Assembly (NCBI GenBank): GCA_025594325.1
Contig: JANHCV010000004.1
Coordinates: 1,240,001-1,304,000, forward strand
Source: Blastocladiella emersonii ATCC 22665
Lineage: Eukaryota > Fungi > Blastocladiomycota
Reading direction: 5' to 3'
DNA: 64,000 nt
In this document: piece by piece, positions 50,138-62,981 of the stretch
Numbering within the stretch: position 1 is the first letter of the stretch
How the letters are laid out: each line of letters begins with the position of its first letter
The notes under the pieces: model-generated
What the model saw: only the letters and a program-made list of their open reading frames with translations
Told to the model about the DNA's origin: nothing
Database searches by the model: none
Made by a program: the position numbers and the translations under genes

Positions 50138-51547
50138 TTACGCCGCAATCGCCTGCAGCGCCTCGAGCAGCGCGGCAACGAACCGGTGCACGTCCGCGAA
50201 CGTGTTGTACAGGGGCGCGGGCGCGACGCGGATCACGTTAGGCTCGCGCTCGTCGACCACGACGCCGCGCTTCTCGAGCTCGCGCATCAGCGGCGCGACC
50301 GACTGGATGCCCGCGAACAGCAGCGACAGCTGCGCGCCGCGCTGGTTCGGGTCGGCGGGCGTGATGATGCGCAGGCCGTGCGCGGCGGGGTGCGGGATCA
50401 CATCGGCCGTGAGGCGGTGGTGCAGGTACGCGGTGAGGCGGAGCGACTTGGCGCGCAGCTCGGGCATCGACGTCCGCGCAAACACCTGCAGCGACCCGAG
50501 CAGCGACACGGTGGCGACGACCGACGGGTTCGACAGCTGGAACCCGGCGGCGCCCGGCATCGCGTCGAACTCGGCCGGCATGTGGAACCGCGACGCCTTG
50601 TTGTGGCCCCACCACCCGGCGAACCGCTTGAGGTGCGGGTCGCGCGCGTGCTTGTCGTGGACGAACGCGCCCGCGATGCACCCGGGCCCGGCGTTCAGGT
50701 ACTTGTACGAGCACCACGCGGCGAAGTCCACGCCCCACTCGTGCAGGTGCAGCGGCACGTTGCCCGCGGCGTGCGCGAGGTCCCACCCGACGACGGCGCC
50801 CGCGGCGTGCCCCGCCGCCGTGATGGCCGGGATGTCGAACAGCTGGCCCGTGTAGTACTGGATCCCCGAGAACATGACGAGCGCAATCTCGCTGCCCCGC
50901 TCGCGGATCACGGCCAGAATGTCCTCGTGCCGCAGCGTCGCCTCCCCCTCGCGCGGCGCCAGCGCGATCACCGCGTCGTCGGCCGTGTACCCGTGGAACT
51001 GGACCTGCGACGCCACCGCGTACGTGTCGGACGGGAACGCCCTGGCCTCGATCAGGATCTTGTACCGCGTCGCCGTCGGCCGGTAGAAGGCGACCATGAG
51101 CAGGTGCAGGTTGTTGGTCAGCGACCCCATGACGGCCACCTCGTCGGGTTGCGCGCCGACAACGGCCGCCGACGTCGGCGTCACCGTCTCGTCAATGGCG
51201 ACCCACGGGCGCGCGTGCGGGTGGTCGAAGTGGCCCATGACCCCGCGGTTCGCCCACACGTCCAGCTCCTCGTTGAGCAGCGCCCGCGTGCGCTTGGGCT
51301 GCAGACCGAGGCTGTTGCCGCACAGGTACACGACCGGCGACGAGGCGTCGGAGGAGGCGGCAGCCGGGTACGCCGGGATCAGGAACTCGTTGCGCAGCTC
51401 GCGCAGCGGGTCCTCGGCGTCCATGCGCGCGGCAAACTCGGCCGAGTGCAGCGCGGCGCCGACGCGCGCGGCGTCGGCCTCGAGGCCCTTCTGGAGCGAC
51501 TCGGCGGTCACGGCGGCGGTGCTGTCGGACATGTTGTGCAGTTGCAT
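50138..51547 (-). CDS. BNA5: Kynureninase
   Basis: YLCGNSLGLQP, VMGSLTNNLHLL, FPSDTYA, GWDLAHAAGN, DFAAWCSYKYLNAGPG (PLP lysine), RFAGWWG, RGAQLS; intronless. MSDS at about 51532 is an alternative start. Confidence 0.97.
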   Translation of the reverse strand: MQLHNMSDSTAAVTAESLQKGLEADAARVGAALHSAEFAARMDAEDPLRELRNEFLIPAYPAAASSDASSPVVYLCGNSLGLQPKRTRALLNEELDVWANRGVMGHFDHPHARPWVAIDETVTPTSAAVVGAQPDEVAVMGSLTNNLHLLMVAFYRPTATRYKILIEARAFPSDTYAVASQVQFHGYTADDAVIALAPREGEATLRHEDILAVIRERGSEIALVMFSGIQYYTGQLFDIPAITAAGHAAGAVVGWDLAHAAGNVPLHLHEWGVDFAAWCSYKYLNAGPGCIAGAFVHDKHARDPHLKRFAGWWGHNKASRFHMPAEFDAMPGAAGFQLSNPSVVATVSLLGSLQVFARTSMPELRAKSLRLTAYLHHRLTADVIPHPAAHGLRIITPADPNQRGAQLSLLFAGIQSVAPLMRELEKRGVVVDEREPNVIRVAPAPLYNTFADVHRFVAALLEALQAIAA

Positions 51548-52042
51548 GGAATGGTGGCGCTATTCAAGAAGCGAGGGAGGGGAGAGTGAGAGGGCGAAGG
51601 TCGGAGCCCCCCGTTTTTGACCGGCGCGACAACGACGCATCACGCGGCGCGAAACCCGTCCCCAACACGCACGTGGGCCCGTAATGAATCGCGCGCGGGA
51701 GACTTTTCTGGCGCAAGAGGGTGCGAGACACGGCCGGCCGATCCAACCACGCGTCCTTGCGAGGCCAGCTGAAAATTAACCGGCCGCTGCTGTACAGAAC
51801 GTTTCCATCGGAAGCGCACGCGGTTTCATCCAGTGGCCGCGCGGCGCTGATTGCTGACAGGTCGCCGAGGCTGGCATCACTCGCGCCGCAGGCGTTGCCA
51901 GCCAACCAGCGGAAGCAGCGCGGTTCCGTCCTGCTCCGCCCGCCTGCTCCCGCAAACCTATAAGAACCGCGCCTCCCTTCCCGCTCGGCCGATCCTCTCC
52001 CAACGCACACTTAGCACCCTGCAACGTATCAACCAGCACACC

Positions 52043-52724
52043 ATGTCCTCGACGTCCGACCTTCCGCCCACGGCCGCCGCCCTCATCGCGCCCAACTACG
52101 TCCCCACGCACCCGGACCGCTTCATCGTCAAGTTCGGCGACAACCTGAGCTCGCAGCTGGTCACCACGCGCGCCTACAAGAAGGGGGAAGTGATCGCCAA
52201 GGTCGAGGGCGCTACCTACGCTGCCAAGCGCTACACCACGGTCCAAGTGGGCCGGGAGTCTCATGTTGAGCTCAACAACGATAGTGTTTACATGAATCAC
52301 GACTGCAGGTACAGTAAACTTCGTCAAGCGCGCAAGTTTTGCTCGGAGCGGGCGAAGTTGACTTGTAGCCGCCTCTTTAGCCCTTCCTGCGTCTTCGACA
52401 CGGACGCCATGACGATCCACGCAACTCGTGGTACGTTTTCCCGGCCTTGGGAGCCATAGTTTGCAGTGGATCTGCTCAAACTTGCCGGTGAGGCGCCCAT
52501 CTGACCCTCGCGCGCCTCTAGATCTCGCCGAGGGCGACGCCATGACCTTCTTCTACCCTGCGTCCGAGTGGGACATGGACCAGCCCTTCGACTGCTGGTG
52601 CGGCGCCGACAAGTGCGTCAAGAAGGTCCAGGGCGCCAAGTACCTGACGCCCGAGCAGCGCGAGGGCCGCCACTTCATGTCGCACATCCGCGAGCTGCTG
52701 GCCGAGGAGGAGAGCAAGAAGTAG
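52043..52724 (+). CDS. Small SET/post-SET domain protein
   Basis: YMNHDC|SPSC, DLAEGDAMTFFYPASEW, FDCWCGADKC; two introns. Confidence 0.85.
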
Positions 52725-53001
52725 AGAACCGTTTTCATATAGTTTAGCATAGTTGAAAGTTGAAGCATAACATGGCATATAGTTGAGCCAAGCTCTTGAG
52801 GGCGGACAAGAGGCCGCCGGTGGGCCGCCGGCGTTCCTGCACGGCCTGCGGCGCTGTGTGGCGCGACGCGATCTGCACGTTGCCCGGGTTCTGCCGCCCG
52901 CCATACCCGACACGCTCTCCGCCTCACGCGCCGATCCTCTCTCGACTTTCTGCACCCGGCTCAGTACCTCATGTATCTGTACCCGTAGCAACTTGCCGCA
53001 A

Positions 53002-53584
53002 ATGGGTCACAGCCACCGGCCATGCGTCTTCTGCGCCGTCAACCACGACGACTTTCGGATCGAGTACATGGTGAGGGCTTCGTAGCGAGTCAACTGCCCC
53101 ACCCGCAACGACTGACCGACCGCTCGCCCATCGGCCAGGACGACGAGATCGCCATCTTCCATGACCGCTCGCCGTCGGCCGTCTTCCACCTGCAGGCCGT
53201 GCCACGCGCCCACATCAAGAACATCAACGCGCTCGACGCCTCGCACTTGCCCTTGCGTACGCTCTCCCGCTCGCTCTCAACCCTCTCCCCATCACACACT
53301 CACCCTCCTTCTCCGTCCTAGTCCGCAACCTTGAATCCCACGCGCGCGCCGTGCTCGCACAGCCGTCGTTCCAGGCCGAGTTCAAGCCCAACTCGAAAAT
53401 CTACCTCGGGTTCCACATCCCGCCGCTCAACTCGGTGCACCACCTGCACATGCACGTCCTCGTCACGCCCTTCAAGTTCACGCGCAAGTTCAAGTACACG
53501 ACCGACGTGTGGCTTATGCCGCTCGCCAAGCTGGTTGCGCGGCTCGAGGCCGGCCAGGCCGCGACGGACGCGGGCGCTGAATAG
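53002..53584 (+). CDS. HIT-family nucleotide hydrolase (HINT3-like)
   Basis: CVFC, FHDRSPSAVFHLQAVPRAHI, GFHIPPLNSVHHLHMH (histidine triad); two introns. Confidence 0.9.
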
Positions 53585-53625
53585 ATTGTGACAACAACGC
53601 AACCGCTTGAACATTCAAAACCAGC

Positions 53626-56100
53626 TTACTTCTTGCCGCGCCCACGCCCGCGCCCGCGCGTGCTCGGCGTCGTCGCCGTGAACGAGGCCGGCAGCACGCG
53701 CTGCGACCCGCTCGACTCGCCGTCGCCCGACGGCGTGGACGCGGGGGCAAAGTTGAGCGTCGTCTGGCGCGTGGTCTTGGGCGCCGCTGCCGCGGCCGCG
53801 GCGGCCGTCGCGCGCGTGGTCCTTGCCGCCGGGGTGCGCGTGCTCGTGCGCGTCTTCTTCGCGGGCGGCGCCTCCTCCTCGTCATCGTCGTCGTCCGCGT
53901 CGCTCGGCGACATCTCAGCCTCTTCCTCCTCGTCCGAGTCGGTGGCGGCCTTGCGTTTCCGCTTCGCCGCGGCCGTCGACGCGCGCGACGTGGTGGCCGT
54001 GGTGGTCTTGGCGCGTCCGCGTCCGCGGCCACGGCCGGCGGTTGTTGCGGTACTTGCCGCCTTGCCGCGGGCCGTGGTCTTGGGCGCGGGCATGGCTTCG
54101 CCGTCCGCATCGTCGTCGGCGCCCGAGGCAGTCGCCTTGCGCTGCGAGAGGTACTTGGCGGACGACTCGGCGTTGTGCGACTGCGATTTCTGCGACTTCT
54201 CCATGACGATGTGCTGCACCAGCAGGTCGTCGGTCGGCGCGTCCACCTTGCCCGCCGAGTCGCGCGTCTCCCGGAGCGTCGTCTCGATGAACCTACGCGG
54301 CGCGCGCGGCGAGGTCAGCTTCCACCGAATCCCCCGATAAACGCGGCGAAACGTACTCCTTGATCGCGTCGTTATCCTGCTTCTCGACAAACGCGCGGAG
54401 CGCGTCGGCGAGCGGCGCCTCGGGGAGCACGAGCAGCTCCTCCTCGACCTTGAGGCACTCGGTGACGAGGTCCTCGACGCGCACCGTGTCGAGCTTGTCG
54501 GGGAGCCCGAGCAGCGCCTCGTCGATCCCGTCGAGCTGGAGCTGCTGCGTGGCGCGGCGGGACGCCGCCGTCTCGGGCGCGTCAAAGATGGCCGAGGCCG
54601 CCGCGGCGGCCGCCGCCGCCGCGCTGCCCGTCTTGCGCTTGCGGTAGAACATGACCACGTCCTTCGGGTTGGCGATTTGCCCGACAAACTGCTGGCCGAA
54701 CTGCTGCGGGTTGAACGTCGAGAAGCCAGAGTACTCGATGCGCAGGCGGACGAGCGGGAGCGGGGGTTCGGGTGCAGCGGCAGCCGCGGGAGCGCCGGCA
54801 CCGCTGCCGGCCTGCGTCTCGTTCTCGGTGTGCCACTGCTCGACCCACTCGGCCTTGACGTTGGCGATCAGCTCGTGGATGCGCGCCGTGATGAGCTTCT
54901 GCGCGGCCTTCATGTCGTTGGCGCGCAGCGACGGCTGCTCCGACAGGACCAGCTCCGAGAAGACGAACGGGCGCACGGTGCGCAGCCGGATCGACTCGAG
55001 CTCGAAGTTGGTCTTATACAGCCGGAGTACGGCGACGTGTCTGTCGCGACGCGAGTGGGGGTTAGTCATCGTCGGACATTGCCAGAACCGAGGATGTGAA
55101 CGTACTTTGGCTTCGCCTCGCCCTCGCTGAGCGACGTAGCGACCGAACTTCCGGGCTGGGTGATATAAAACTCCTGCTGCGCGTTGAGCACGGGCTCGAT
55201 GTTGCAGTCGTGCTCGTGGCCCCACAGGACGAGGTTGATGCACGGGTCGAGGAACGACTCGGGGATGTAGTTGGTCTTGTCGTGCTTGACGCGGTTCTGG
55301 TGGATCACGAACAGGTTGAACCAGTCGTCGGTGCCCTCGATGGGTCGCAGCATCTTGACCTTCTTCTTGAGGAACGTGCGGTGCAGCCGCTCGTCGCGCA
55401 CGTTGCCCAGCCCGTACAGCGCCAGCGACGTGATCCCCTTGCGCAGCAGCACGGGTGTGATCAGGATGTCGTCCACCTCGCGCTGACGCCCAAAGTAGTT
55501 GACCAGCCCGCTCACGCTGAGCAGGTCGAGCGCCGCGAGGCCGTCCTACATGTCGCATGCGGGTTGTGAGCGCGCGACCACCGGACAGACGGCGCGTTCG
55601 AGTGTGACGTACGCCAGACGGATCGTCGTGGTTGCCGTGGATCGAGAACAGAGGCATCGACACGTTGTAGTTGGGGTCCATGTAGTTGACCGTCGCGAAC
55701 CTACACATCCGCACCAACGCGTCAGCTCCACCCGACCCCTCACCCTCTCACACCAAACCACGCACCGGTTCGGAAAATTGACCGACTGGTCGCTCAAAAA
55801 CTCGAGCGCGCAGGGCCGGTCACCCATGCAGTGCGCGCGGAGCAGCTCCATGGTCGAGTACAGCGTCTTGCGCGACGGCTTGTTGTCGTGGAACAGGTCC
55901 CCGCCAAGCAACACCATATCGACGGCGCGGTCCTGCGCGATCTTGAGGATCTCCTCGAACGTCGCAATCGAGTCGTTGCCGCGGATCGGGTCCTTCTCCG
56001 CGTACCCGAGGTGGTTGTCGGTCGCGATCAGGATCGACAGCACGTCCTCGCGCGGCGCGTTGCACGGCGCGTCCGGGTCCGCGAGCTCGTCGTGATGCAT
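53626..56100 (-). CDS. MRE11: Double-strand break repair nuclease Mre11
   Basis: [64 protein letters not shown]; C-terminal GRG repeats. Confidence 0.98.
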
Positions 56101-56446
56101 CGGCGCGGCGGGCGGGATGGCGGGTAGGTTGCAGCGGGTGCGGATAAGGTGCAAGGTCTCGGGGTGCAGTTTACATGGACGCGGAGCGGGCGGGGGAGCG
56201 AGAGGTCGTTTCGCGCGCGCAGGTCGAGCTGAGCGAGCGCGTCACGTCGCGGAGCAGGGCTGACTCACAGGTAAGGGCGACCTCGACGACAATCAGAGAA
56301 AGAGACTAGGAAAACATTTAAATTAGGCAAAAGCGAACAAAATATAACAAGCTAGCACATCGTGCGGGAGGGGGGACGAGCTGGGAGGCCGAGGTTGTAC
56401 AAGGGTTGGGCGTGCGCGAGGCGAGCAGGGCGAGTCGGGAGCGACC

Positions 56447-58079
56447 TTACTCCTTCTTGGACTTCTTGCTCTTCTTGCTCTCCTTCTTGGCGTCCTTGGA
56501 CTTGGACGACTTCTTGCTCTCCTTGGCCTTCTTCTTGGGCTCCTCCACGTCCACGTCCATGGCGTCGTCGTCGACCGTTGCCGCGGCGGCAGCGGGGGCA
56601 CCGGGGGCGGGCGCGGCGGCGGCGATCTTGGCGGCCTCCTCGGCGGCGGCGGACATGACGTCGGCGTTCTTGCGGGGGACCTCGCCCGACTCGTAGAACT
56701 TGAGGCGCTCCTCGACCTGGAGCTTCATGGCCTCGCCAAAGTTGCCCGTGGCCGCCTCGGTGAAGCAGTCGATGCGCGACGCGATCGAGCACTTGTTGGC
56801 GAGGAACCGCGAGATGCGGCCCTTGTTCTTCTGCGCCGCCTTGCCGATGAAGGACGAGTGGTAGATGAGACCGTACTTGGGCGTGTTGCCCTTGGTCTTG
56901 AGCGCGCGGAACAGCGCCTTCTCGGCACCGAGGATCTGCACCGTCGACGCCGGGTACTTGGACAGGTTGGTCAGGGAACCGGCGTGCGAGATGAGGCGGG
57001 CACCGACAATCTCGCCAATGAGGGCCGCGAGGTTGGGCGCGACAATGTTCATCTTGGACGTCAGGTACGCGTGCAGGTTGCGGCGGTAGTCCATGAGCGA
57101 GATGACGCGGTCGGCGAACGACTCGATGTTGAGCAGGTCGACGTCCGAGATGTCGGTACCCATGGAGGCGCGCGCGGCCTGGAGCACGTGCTCGGCCTTG
57201 TCCTGGTCGCCGATGATGTCGGCCATGTCGGTGACGGTGGCCTCGGACAGGTTGGCCTTGTTGCCAATGAGCTTGACGAGGCGCGCGTACTTCTCGTTGT
57301 CGTTGACGATCTTGACGAGCTCGGGGAAGTGCCACGAGTACCACTCGCGCACGCGCATGGCGAAGGTGTTGATGTCCTTGTCGAGCTGGTCGAGGATGCC
57401 GATCGCCTGGATGATCATGTTGTCGGAGCGGTGCACGTTGAACTTGAGCTTGGCGCGCGAGTACGAGTGGCCGAGACCGAGCGAGGCGCGGTCGAGGTCG
57501 CCCTCCTTGAGGGGCTTGAGCACCTTGGCCGCGTGGTAGCGGATGGCGCGGCCCAGCTCGTGCACGAGCTCCGTCGACACGCAGTCGACGCCGAGCTCGG
57601 CCTTGATGGCACCGGCCAGGTTCTTCTCGGTCACGCCGAGCGTCGCCTTCTTCTTGGGCAGGTTGAGCTCAAGGAAGGCCTTGAGCGAGTCGCTGACGAC
57701 ACCTAATCGGAGCGAAGCGGGGAGGGTAGAGTGAGCGGGGGTGGACTCGAGGCGGGGTTGGGCCGGGCCGACGAGTGCGCTGGCCAAGCGGCCACGGTGA
57801 ACCTCAGGGATTCGCCATGGCCGCACGGAGAGCACTCATTGCCCGCCCAAGGACAAAGGGGGATGGATACTCACCCTCGGACACGTCGTTGGCGTTCTCA
57901 AGGGCATCGGCAGCCGACTTGAAGGGGGCAAACGACTTGAGCTTGAGGATCTTGCCGAACTTGGCCAGGTCCAGGAGCGAGGCCTGGAACTGGGCCGACT
58001 CCTGGCTGATCTCGTCCGACTCGATGCGCTCGAACAGCGCGTAGCCCGACGACGTCTCGTAGAGAATGTGCGACACCAT
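56447..58079 (-). CDS. NOP56: Box C/D snoRNP protein Nop56
   Basis: [77 protein letters not shown], and a K/E-rich tail; one intron. Confidence 0.96.
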
Positions 58080-58392
58080 GGCGGCGGGGGTTTTGGGGTT
58101 GGAACGGGGCGAAGGCTGCGAGGTCACGATCGAGTGCGTTGCGTTGCAGTGCAGGCGGTCCGTGCTTCGTCGTCGGCGTCGTCACCGAGCAAAACTGGGC
58201 GTCAGGGCAGGCGATGGACCAAGGCGGGGCGCGGGCACGGCGGCGGCAGAGGGCGAGCGAGCGGCCGCCGACTGAGGCTGACTGTGTATTCTGGTCACGG
58301 GGCCCGTCGCTGGGCCGTCACATGACGCTCGAGCCTGCATGCGGCCGCCTGATGCATGCGTCGCAGACCGACCCGCGCGCTCAAAAGCAACC

Positions 58393-59449
58393 ATGGCATC
58401 TAAAGAATACCTCAGCAAGTACCTGGACTCGGGCAAGAAGAAGAAGAAGAAGAAGAAGGCCAGCAAGCAACCCGCCGCCACTGGCCTCATCATCGACGAC
58501 GACGCCGACCTGCCCGCGCCGTCGCTCGCGTGGGAGCAGCACGCGCCGCAAGTCGTCGTCCGCAAGGTCGATTCCGTGCAGCATCTCCCTCCATCGTCCT
58601 CTGTGCCCAACGAGGGACCCGCCTCGCCTGCGAGATCGCCCGCGCGGAAACGCGCACGACACGACTCGGACTCGGAGCTGGACGCTGATTCACGCCCTTC
58701 CAGGCGACGCGCGCGGCACGATTCCGACTCGGAGGAGGATGCAGCGCCGCGTCGCCGGCGGCGGCACGACAGCGACAGCGAGGACGAGGGCCCTGCTCCC
58801 GCGCCGCGGTCCCCACGGGAACGACCCGATGGTGGTGACGGTGCGGCGGGGCGCGAGAGCGCGACCGTGTACCGCGACCAGTTTGGGCGCAAGGTGGCGC
58901 TCGACGAGCTCAAGCAGACGGCGATGAGCAAGGAGGAGGAGAAGGAGATGCGCAAGCGCGAGAACCAGGCGTGGGCGCTCGGCACGGCGCAGCGGCGTAT
59001 GGCCGAGGAGCGGCGCGCGGAGGAGCTCAGACCGATGACGCGGTACGGTTTTCTTCTTTGGGGGAATGCTGATCGGGCTGCTGACTCGAGCGTGGATGTA
59101 GGACGGCTGACGACAAAGAGCTCAACGACATGCTCAAGGAGCGCGAGCGGTGGGGCGATCCGGGCGCCATGCTCGCGCCCAAGCAAGACGCCAAGGCCAA
59201 GAAGAAGAACAAGGACCGTCCAACGTACTCTGGGTCATGGGCGCCCAACCGGTTCGATATCCCGCCCGGGTTCCGCTGGGACGGACTGGGTACGCTACTC
59301 GTCGCGCTGCCGCCATCCCATGCGAAGCAACTGACAGCCCGTTCCCCGTAGATCGGTCCAATGGCTTCGAGCGCAAGCTGTACATCAAGCGCAACGAGCG
59401 CGCGGCGGCCGACCAGGCGAGCTACAAGTGGCGGTCCGAGGACATGTAG
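58393..59449 (+). CDS. BUD13: Pre-mRNA splicing factor Bud13 (RES complex)
   Basis: EYLSKYL, ATVYRDQFGRK, WALGTAQ, ERWGDP, PNRFDIPPGFRWDG|DRSNGFE; two introns. Confidence 0.93.
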
Positions 59450-59501
59450 CAGCTGCATGCACTCCAATCTATTTCCCGATGTTCATGTACACTCTCCCTA
59501 C

Positions 59502-60116
59502 TCAGTGCCGCGGCGCGACGACGTGCGCGACGAGCCGCATGATGCGGTGCAGGACGCGGGCCAGTATGCGTCGCCACGCGGCCATGGCGGCGGCGCCGCG
59601 CGCCGTGTTGCGCCAGGCGGCGGACCGGATCGTGGCCCACAGCACGCCGGCGGCCAGGTACCGCCGGATCCGCCACAGGTACACGAACTTGGCGACATCG
59701 ACGATCTGCAACCACACGGCGCGCCAGCCCGCGCGCAGGGCCACGCCGCGCCAGTGCCGCCACGACGTATGCTGCTTGACGAGGGCGCGGATCCGGGACT
59801 TGGATCGTGTCCGCGCGCTCGCCGTGGACGCGGCGTCGCCGTCGTCGTCGACGGGGTCGCCGGCTTGTGAGGAAGCCGCGCTCGTCGTGGACCGCGCAAA
59901 CGAGACGCCGGCGAGGTCGGGCGAGAGCGGGATGTTGAGGACGAGGCCGAGATGCGTCACCTTGGCGTCGAGCGCGCGCAGGGCCGTGCGGATGGCCTCG
60001 AGCTCGGCCTTGAGGTCCAGGGACGGCGCGGCCGTGGCCGTCGTTGCGGGAGCGGCGGGCGCTTTCACGAGAGCATCATCGGTGGACCCGCTCCTTGCTG
60101 GCGACACTTGATTCAT
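59502..60116 (-). CDS. Hypothetical protein with a coiled coil and a Trp/Arg-rich hydrophobic C-terminus
   Basis: Open frame between BUD13 and the RRM gene; LKAELEAIRTALRALDAKV heptads and host-like codon usage; no family recognised. Confidence 0.6.
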   Translation of the reverse strand: MNQVSPARSGSTDDALVKAPAAPATTATAAPSLDLKAELEAIRTALRALDAKVTHLGLVLNIPLSPDLAGVSFARSTTSAASSQAGDPVDDDGDAASTASARTRSKSRIRALVKQHTSWRHWRGVALRAGWRAVWLQIVDVAKFVYLWRIRRYLAAGVLWATIRSAAWRNTARGAAAMAAWRRILARVLHRIMRLVAHVVAPRH

Positions 60117-60328
60117 GGCGTTTTCATTGGCGAAAGAGAGAGAGAGCGAGTCGCCTGCGAGGGCCGGAAGCTTCAAAGCGTTCGGGACTCTGCCGCGGAC
60201 GCGTGAAAGCGGCCTGACCGACCAGCCTGCTCAACCTCGCCTCCTTCCCGATCCCGCTCCCGCTCTCCCGCCCGTCACTCGCACACGAATCAAGACGAGA
60301 GCCTACTCTCGCCAACTGCCTGCATCCC

Positions 60329-60908
60329 ATGGAACCGAACCCAGCCGACCCGCCACGCTCGCCGTCGCCCGCGGCGACCGCGCCTGCCGCGGCACGTCCG
60401 GTCCCTGTCGCCGCCGCGACCCCGCCGGCTGCCCCGCCGAGCGATGCCAACACCGCCATGGCGTCGCAGCTGGCCGCCCTCATGGCGAGCAACCCGCAGC
60501 TCGCCGTCCCGCTGCTACAGGCCCTGCTCGCGAACCAGGCCGCGCCCTCTGCCGCGGCGCCCAACCCGCTCGCGGGCCTTCTTGCGACCGCGCTCGCGCA
60601 GCAGGCGGCTCCCGCCGCTGCCGCCGCTCCGACTCCAGCACTCACGCCCGCACCCACGGCGGCAACCACGCCTGCGCCCCCCGCACCGACTGCCCCGATG
60701 GCGCAGCTGCCGGTCCCCGCGTCGCCTCGGCCCGCACAGCAGCAGCCCGCGTCGCCGGCGCGCATGCCGCGCCCGCTGCTGTCGCCCGTGGCACCGCCCG
60801 CAGCTGCCGCGCCTCGAGCGCTCACCCAGTCGTCGCCCGTGCGCAAATCCTCACCCGTCTCGGTCCCCGACTCGCGCGACGACAGCCCCATGGCCGAGGA
60901 CCTGCCGA

Positions 60909-60939
<31 letters not shown>

Positions 60940-62695
60940 ATCCGTGCCTGCTTCGAAGCCGTCCAAGGACGACTACCACCTCGCCAATCTGCTGCAGACC
61001 CTCAGCGCCATACAGCAGAACGCCGCCGCGTCGTCGAGTCCGCCCGCGGCGCGGGCCGCGACGACCTCGCCCGACAGCCGGCTCGCGCGGTGCGGATCGT
61101 CGTCGGCGCCCGGATCGCAGCGCGACGCCGTGCCGCTCCCGCTCGCTGCACCCTCGCCCGCGCTTCCTGCCGCCGCTGCAGCTGTCCCCGCCAAGTCGTC
61201 GACCGTCCACCGCGGTCGCGACGCGAAACCCGCCCGCTCGGCTGCTGATCCGTACCCCTCGGCGAAACCCAAGCCAGCGCCCGCCACCGCCTCAAAAGCA
61301 GCGGCGTTGTCCTCGCCGCTGCCCGTATCCGCCCCGGCGCCCTCGGCCCCCATCGACGCTCCGGAACCGGTGCCCGTCCCCGCGACGACACCGTCGGGGA
61401 TCCGCGTCACGGTCTCGCACCAGGCCAAGCACATCTACGTCTCGGACCTGCCCGGCGACATTGACGAGTTTGTCCTCCGCCGCACCTTCCGCAAGTTCGG
61501 CAAGATCGACGACGTGCGCCTGCCACGCGACAAGCTCACGAGCAACATCATGGGGTTCGTCTACATCAAGTTCAACGCCCACGAGTCGGCCCTCCGCGCA
61601 TGTGACGAGTCGGGTAAGCTCCTGCTGAATGGGCAAGCTGTCACGGTACGCTGGGGCGAGGGACTGGTTTGGGACTGGACGAGCGCTGACTCTGAGGGCG
61701 CTGTAGATCGCCATGTCGCGCGAGGACGTGTCCGAGAAGGCCGTCCGCACGCTCTTCCTCGCCAACATGTGGGAGGTGCCCGAGTCGGACGTCCTGAGCC
61801 TGTTCGGCGCGTACGGCACCATCGCCAGCTGCGACATTCTCGAGGACCGCGGGTTCGTCGCTTCCCTCTTCCTCACCCGGCCCACATCACTCACCCCGCC
61901 TCCGCATCTAGCATGGTCTACATCCACTACCAGAACGTATCGGACGCGGTGCGCGCGCACACCGAGCTCCAGGGCCTGATGCTCAACGACCGCTACGTGC
62001 GCATCGAGTTCTCGCAGAGCGCCGAGCCGCGCACCAACACCTCTTCCTCGTCGTCGGCCAAGAACCCGCGCGTCCAGACCTACTACGCGCGCGGCGGCTC
62101 GCGCGGCGCCCGCGGCGGCGCCGAGGTTGTTACCATTGAGAACACCGAGTCCGGCACCCACGTCCAGTACGGGCCCAAGAGCCGCGCCGCCGCCGGGAAC
62201 ATCCCGCTCGCGCCCGCGCCGCAGCAGGCGCCCGCCGCGGCGAGGGGTCACTCGGTCCCTCCCCGGCCCGTCGCGGTCGCGGCACCGGCCCCGGCGTACC
62301 CGGCGTACCCGGGCTACGGCGGCCCGCCGCCGGGCATGCCGTACGGCGCCCCGGCCTACTACCCGCCACCACCGCTGCCGCACCCCGGGTACGGGTACCC
62401 GACGGGCATGGAGTACGCCGCCGACCAGGGGTACGGCTACGGGTACGGCTACGGCCCGTACGGCGGGTACCCGCAGTACCCGGTGCCGCTGCAGCATCAG
62501 CCCGAGCGGAGACGCGGTGCGCGCGGTGGGCGAGGCCGCGGCCGCAAGCCGGCGGCGCAGGACGAGGAGTTTGAGGATGAGGACGATGAGGTGGTCGCCG
62601 AGACCGCGACGGGCGTCCACCACCGCGGGAACCGGCCGCTCGAGCACCCCGCGGCGTACTACGACGGGTACGACGACGGGTACGGCGGCATGTGA
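60329..62695 (+). CDS. RNA-binding protein with two RRMs, a Pro/Ala-rich N-terminus and a Tyr/Gly-rich C-terminus
   Basis: IYVSDL (RNP2) and MGFVYIKF (RNP1); second RRM TLFLANM and GMVYIHY after introns at about 61615-61706 and 61850-61910. Confidence 0.85.
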
Positions 62696-62981
62696 GGTAC
62701 GTGTGGTGTCGATGGGCGCCGCTGTGGGCTCGCTGACGCCGTGTTCGTGTAGCACAGCAGCGACTCGCTTACGGGTGAGCACTCGACGGACGGACTCGGT
62801 CTGTGACTTGCCCTTGCTCTCTACATACTGCGCGCGATGGACCCCTCGCCATCGACGCTGTACCTCGCTCGACCTCATCCCTTCACGCAGCGCAAACTGC
62901 GCGTGGACTCTGCCGCTCTCCCCTTCTCTCCCCTCTACCTCCAGTTCTATATACTCTGCCACTTGGATTGCGTGCATCTAT

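Noticed and set aside
57706-57873. Intronic C/D snoRNA in the longer-than-usual NOP56 intron
   Set aside because: A CTGA is present but there is no convincing RTGATGA C box at a suitable distance and no terminal stem.
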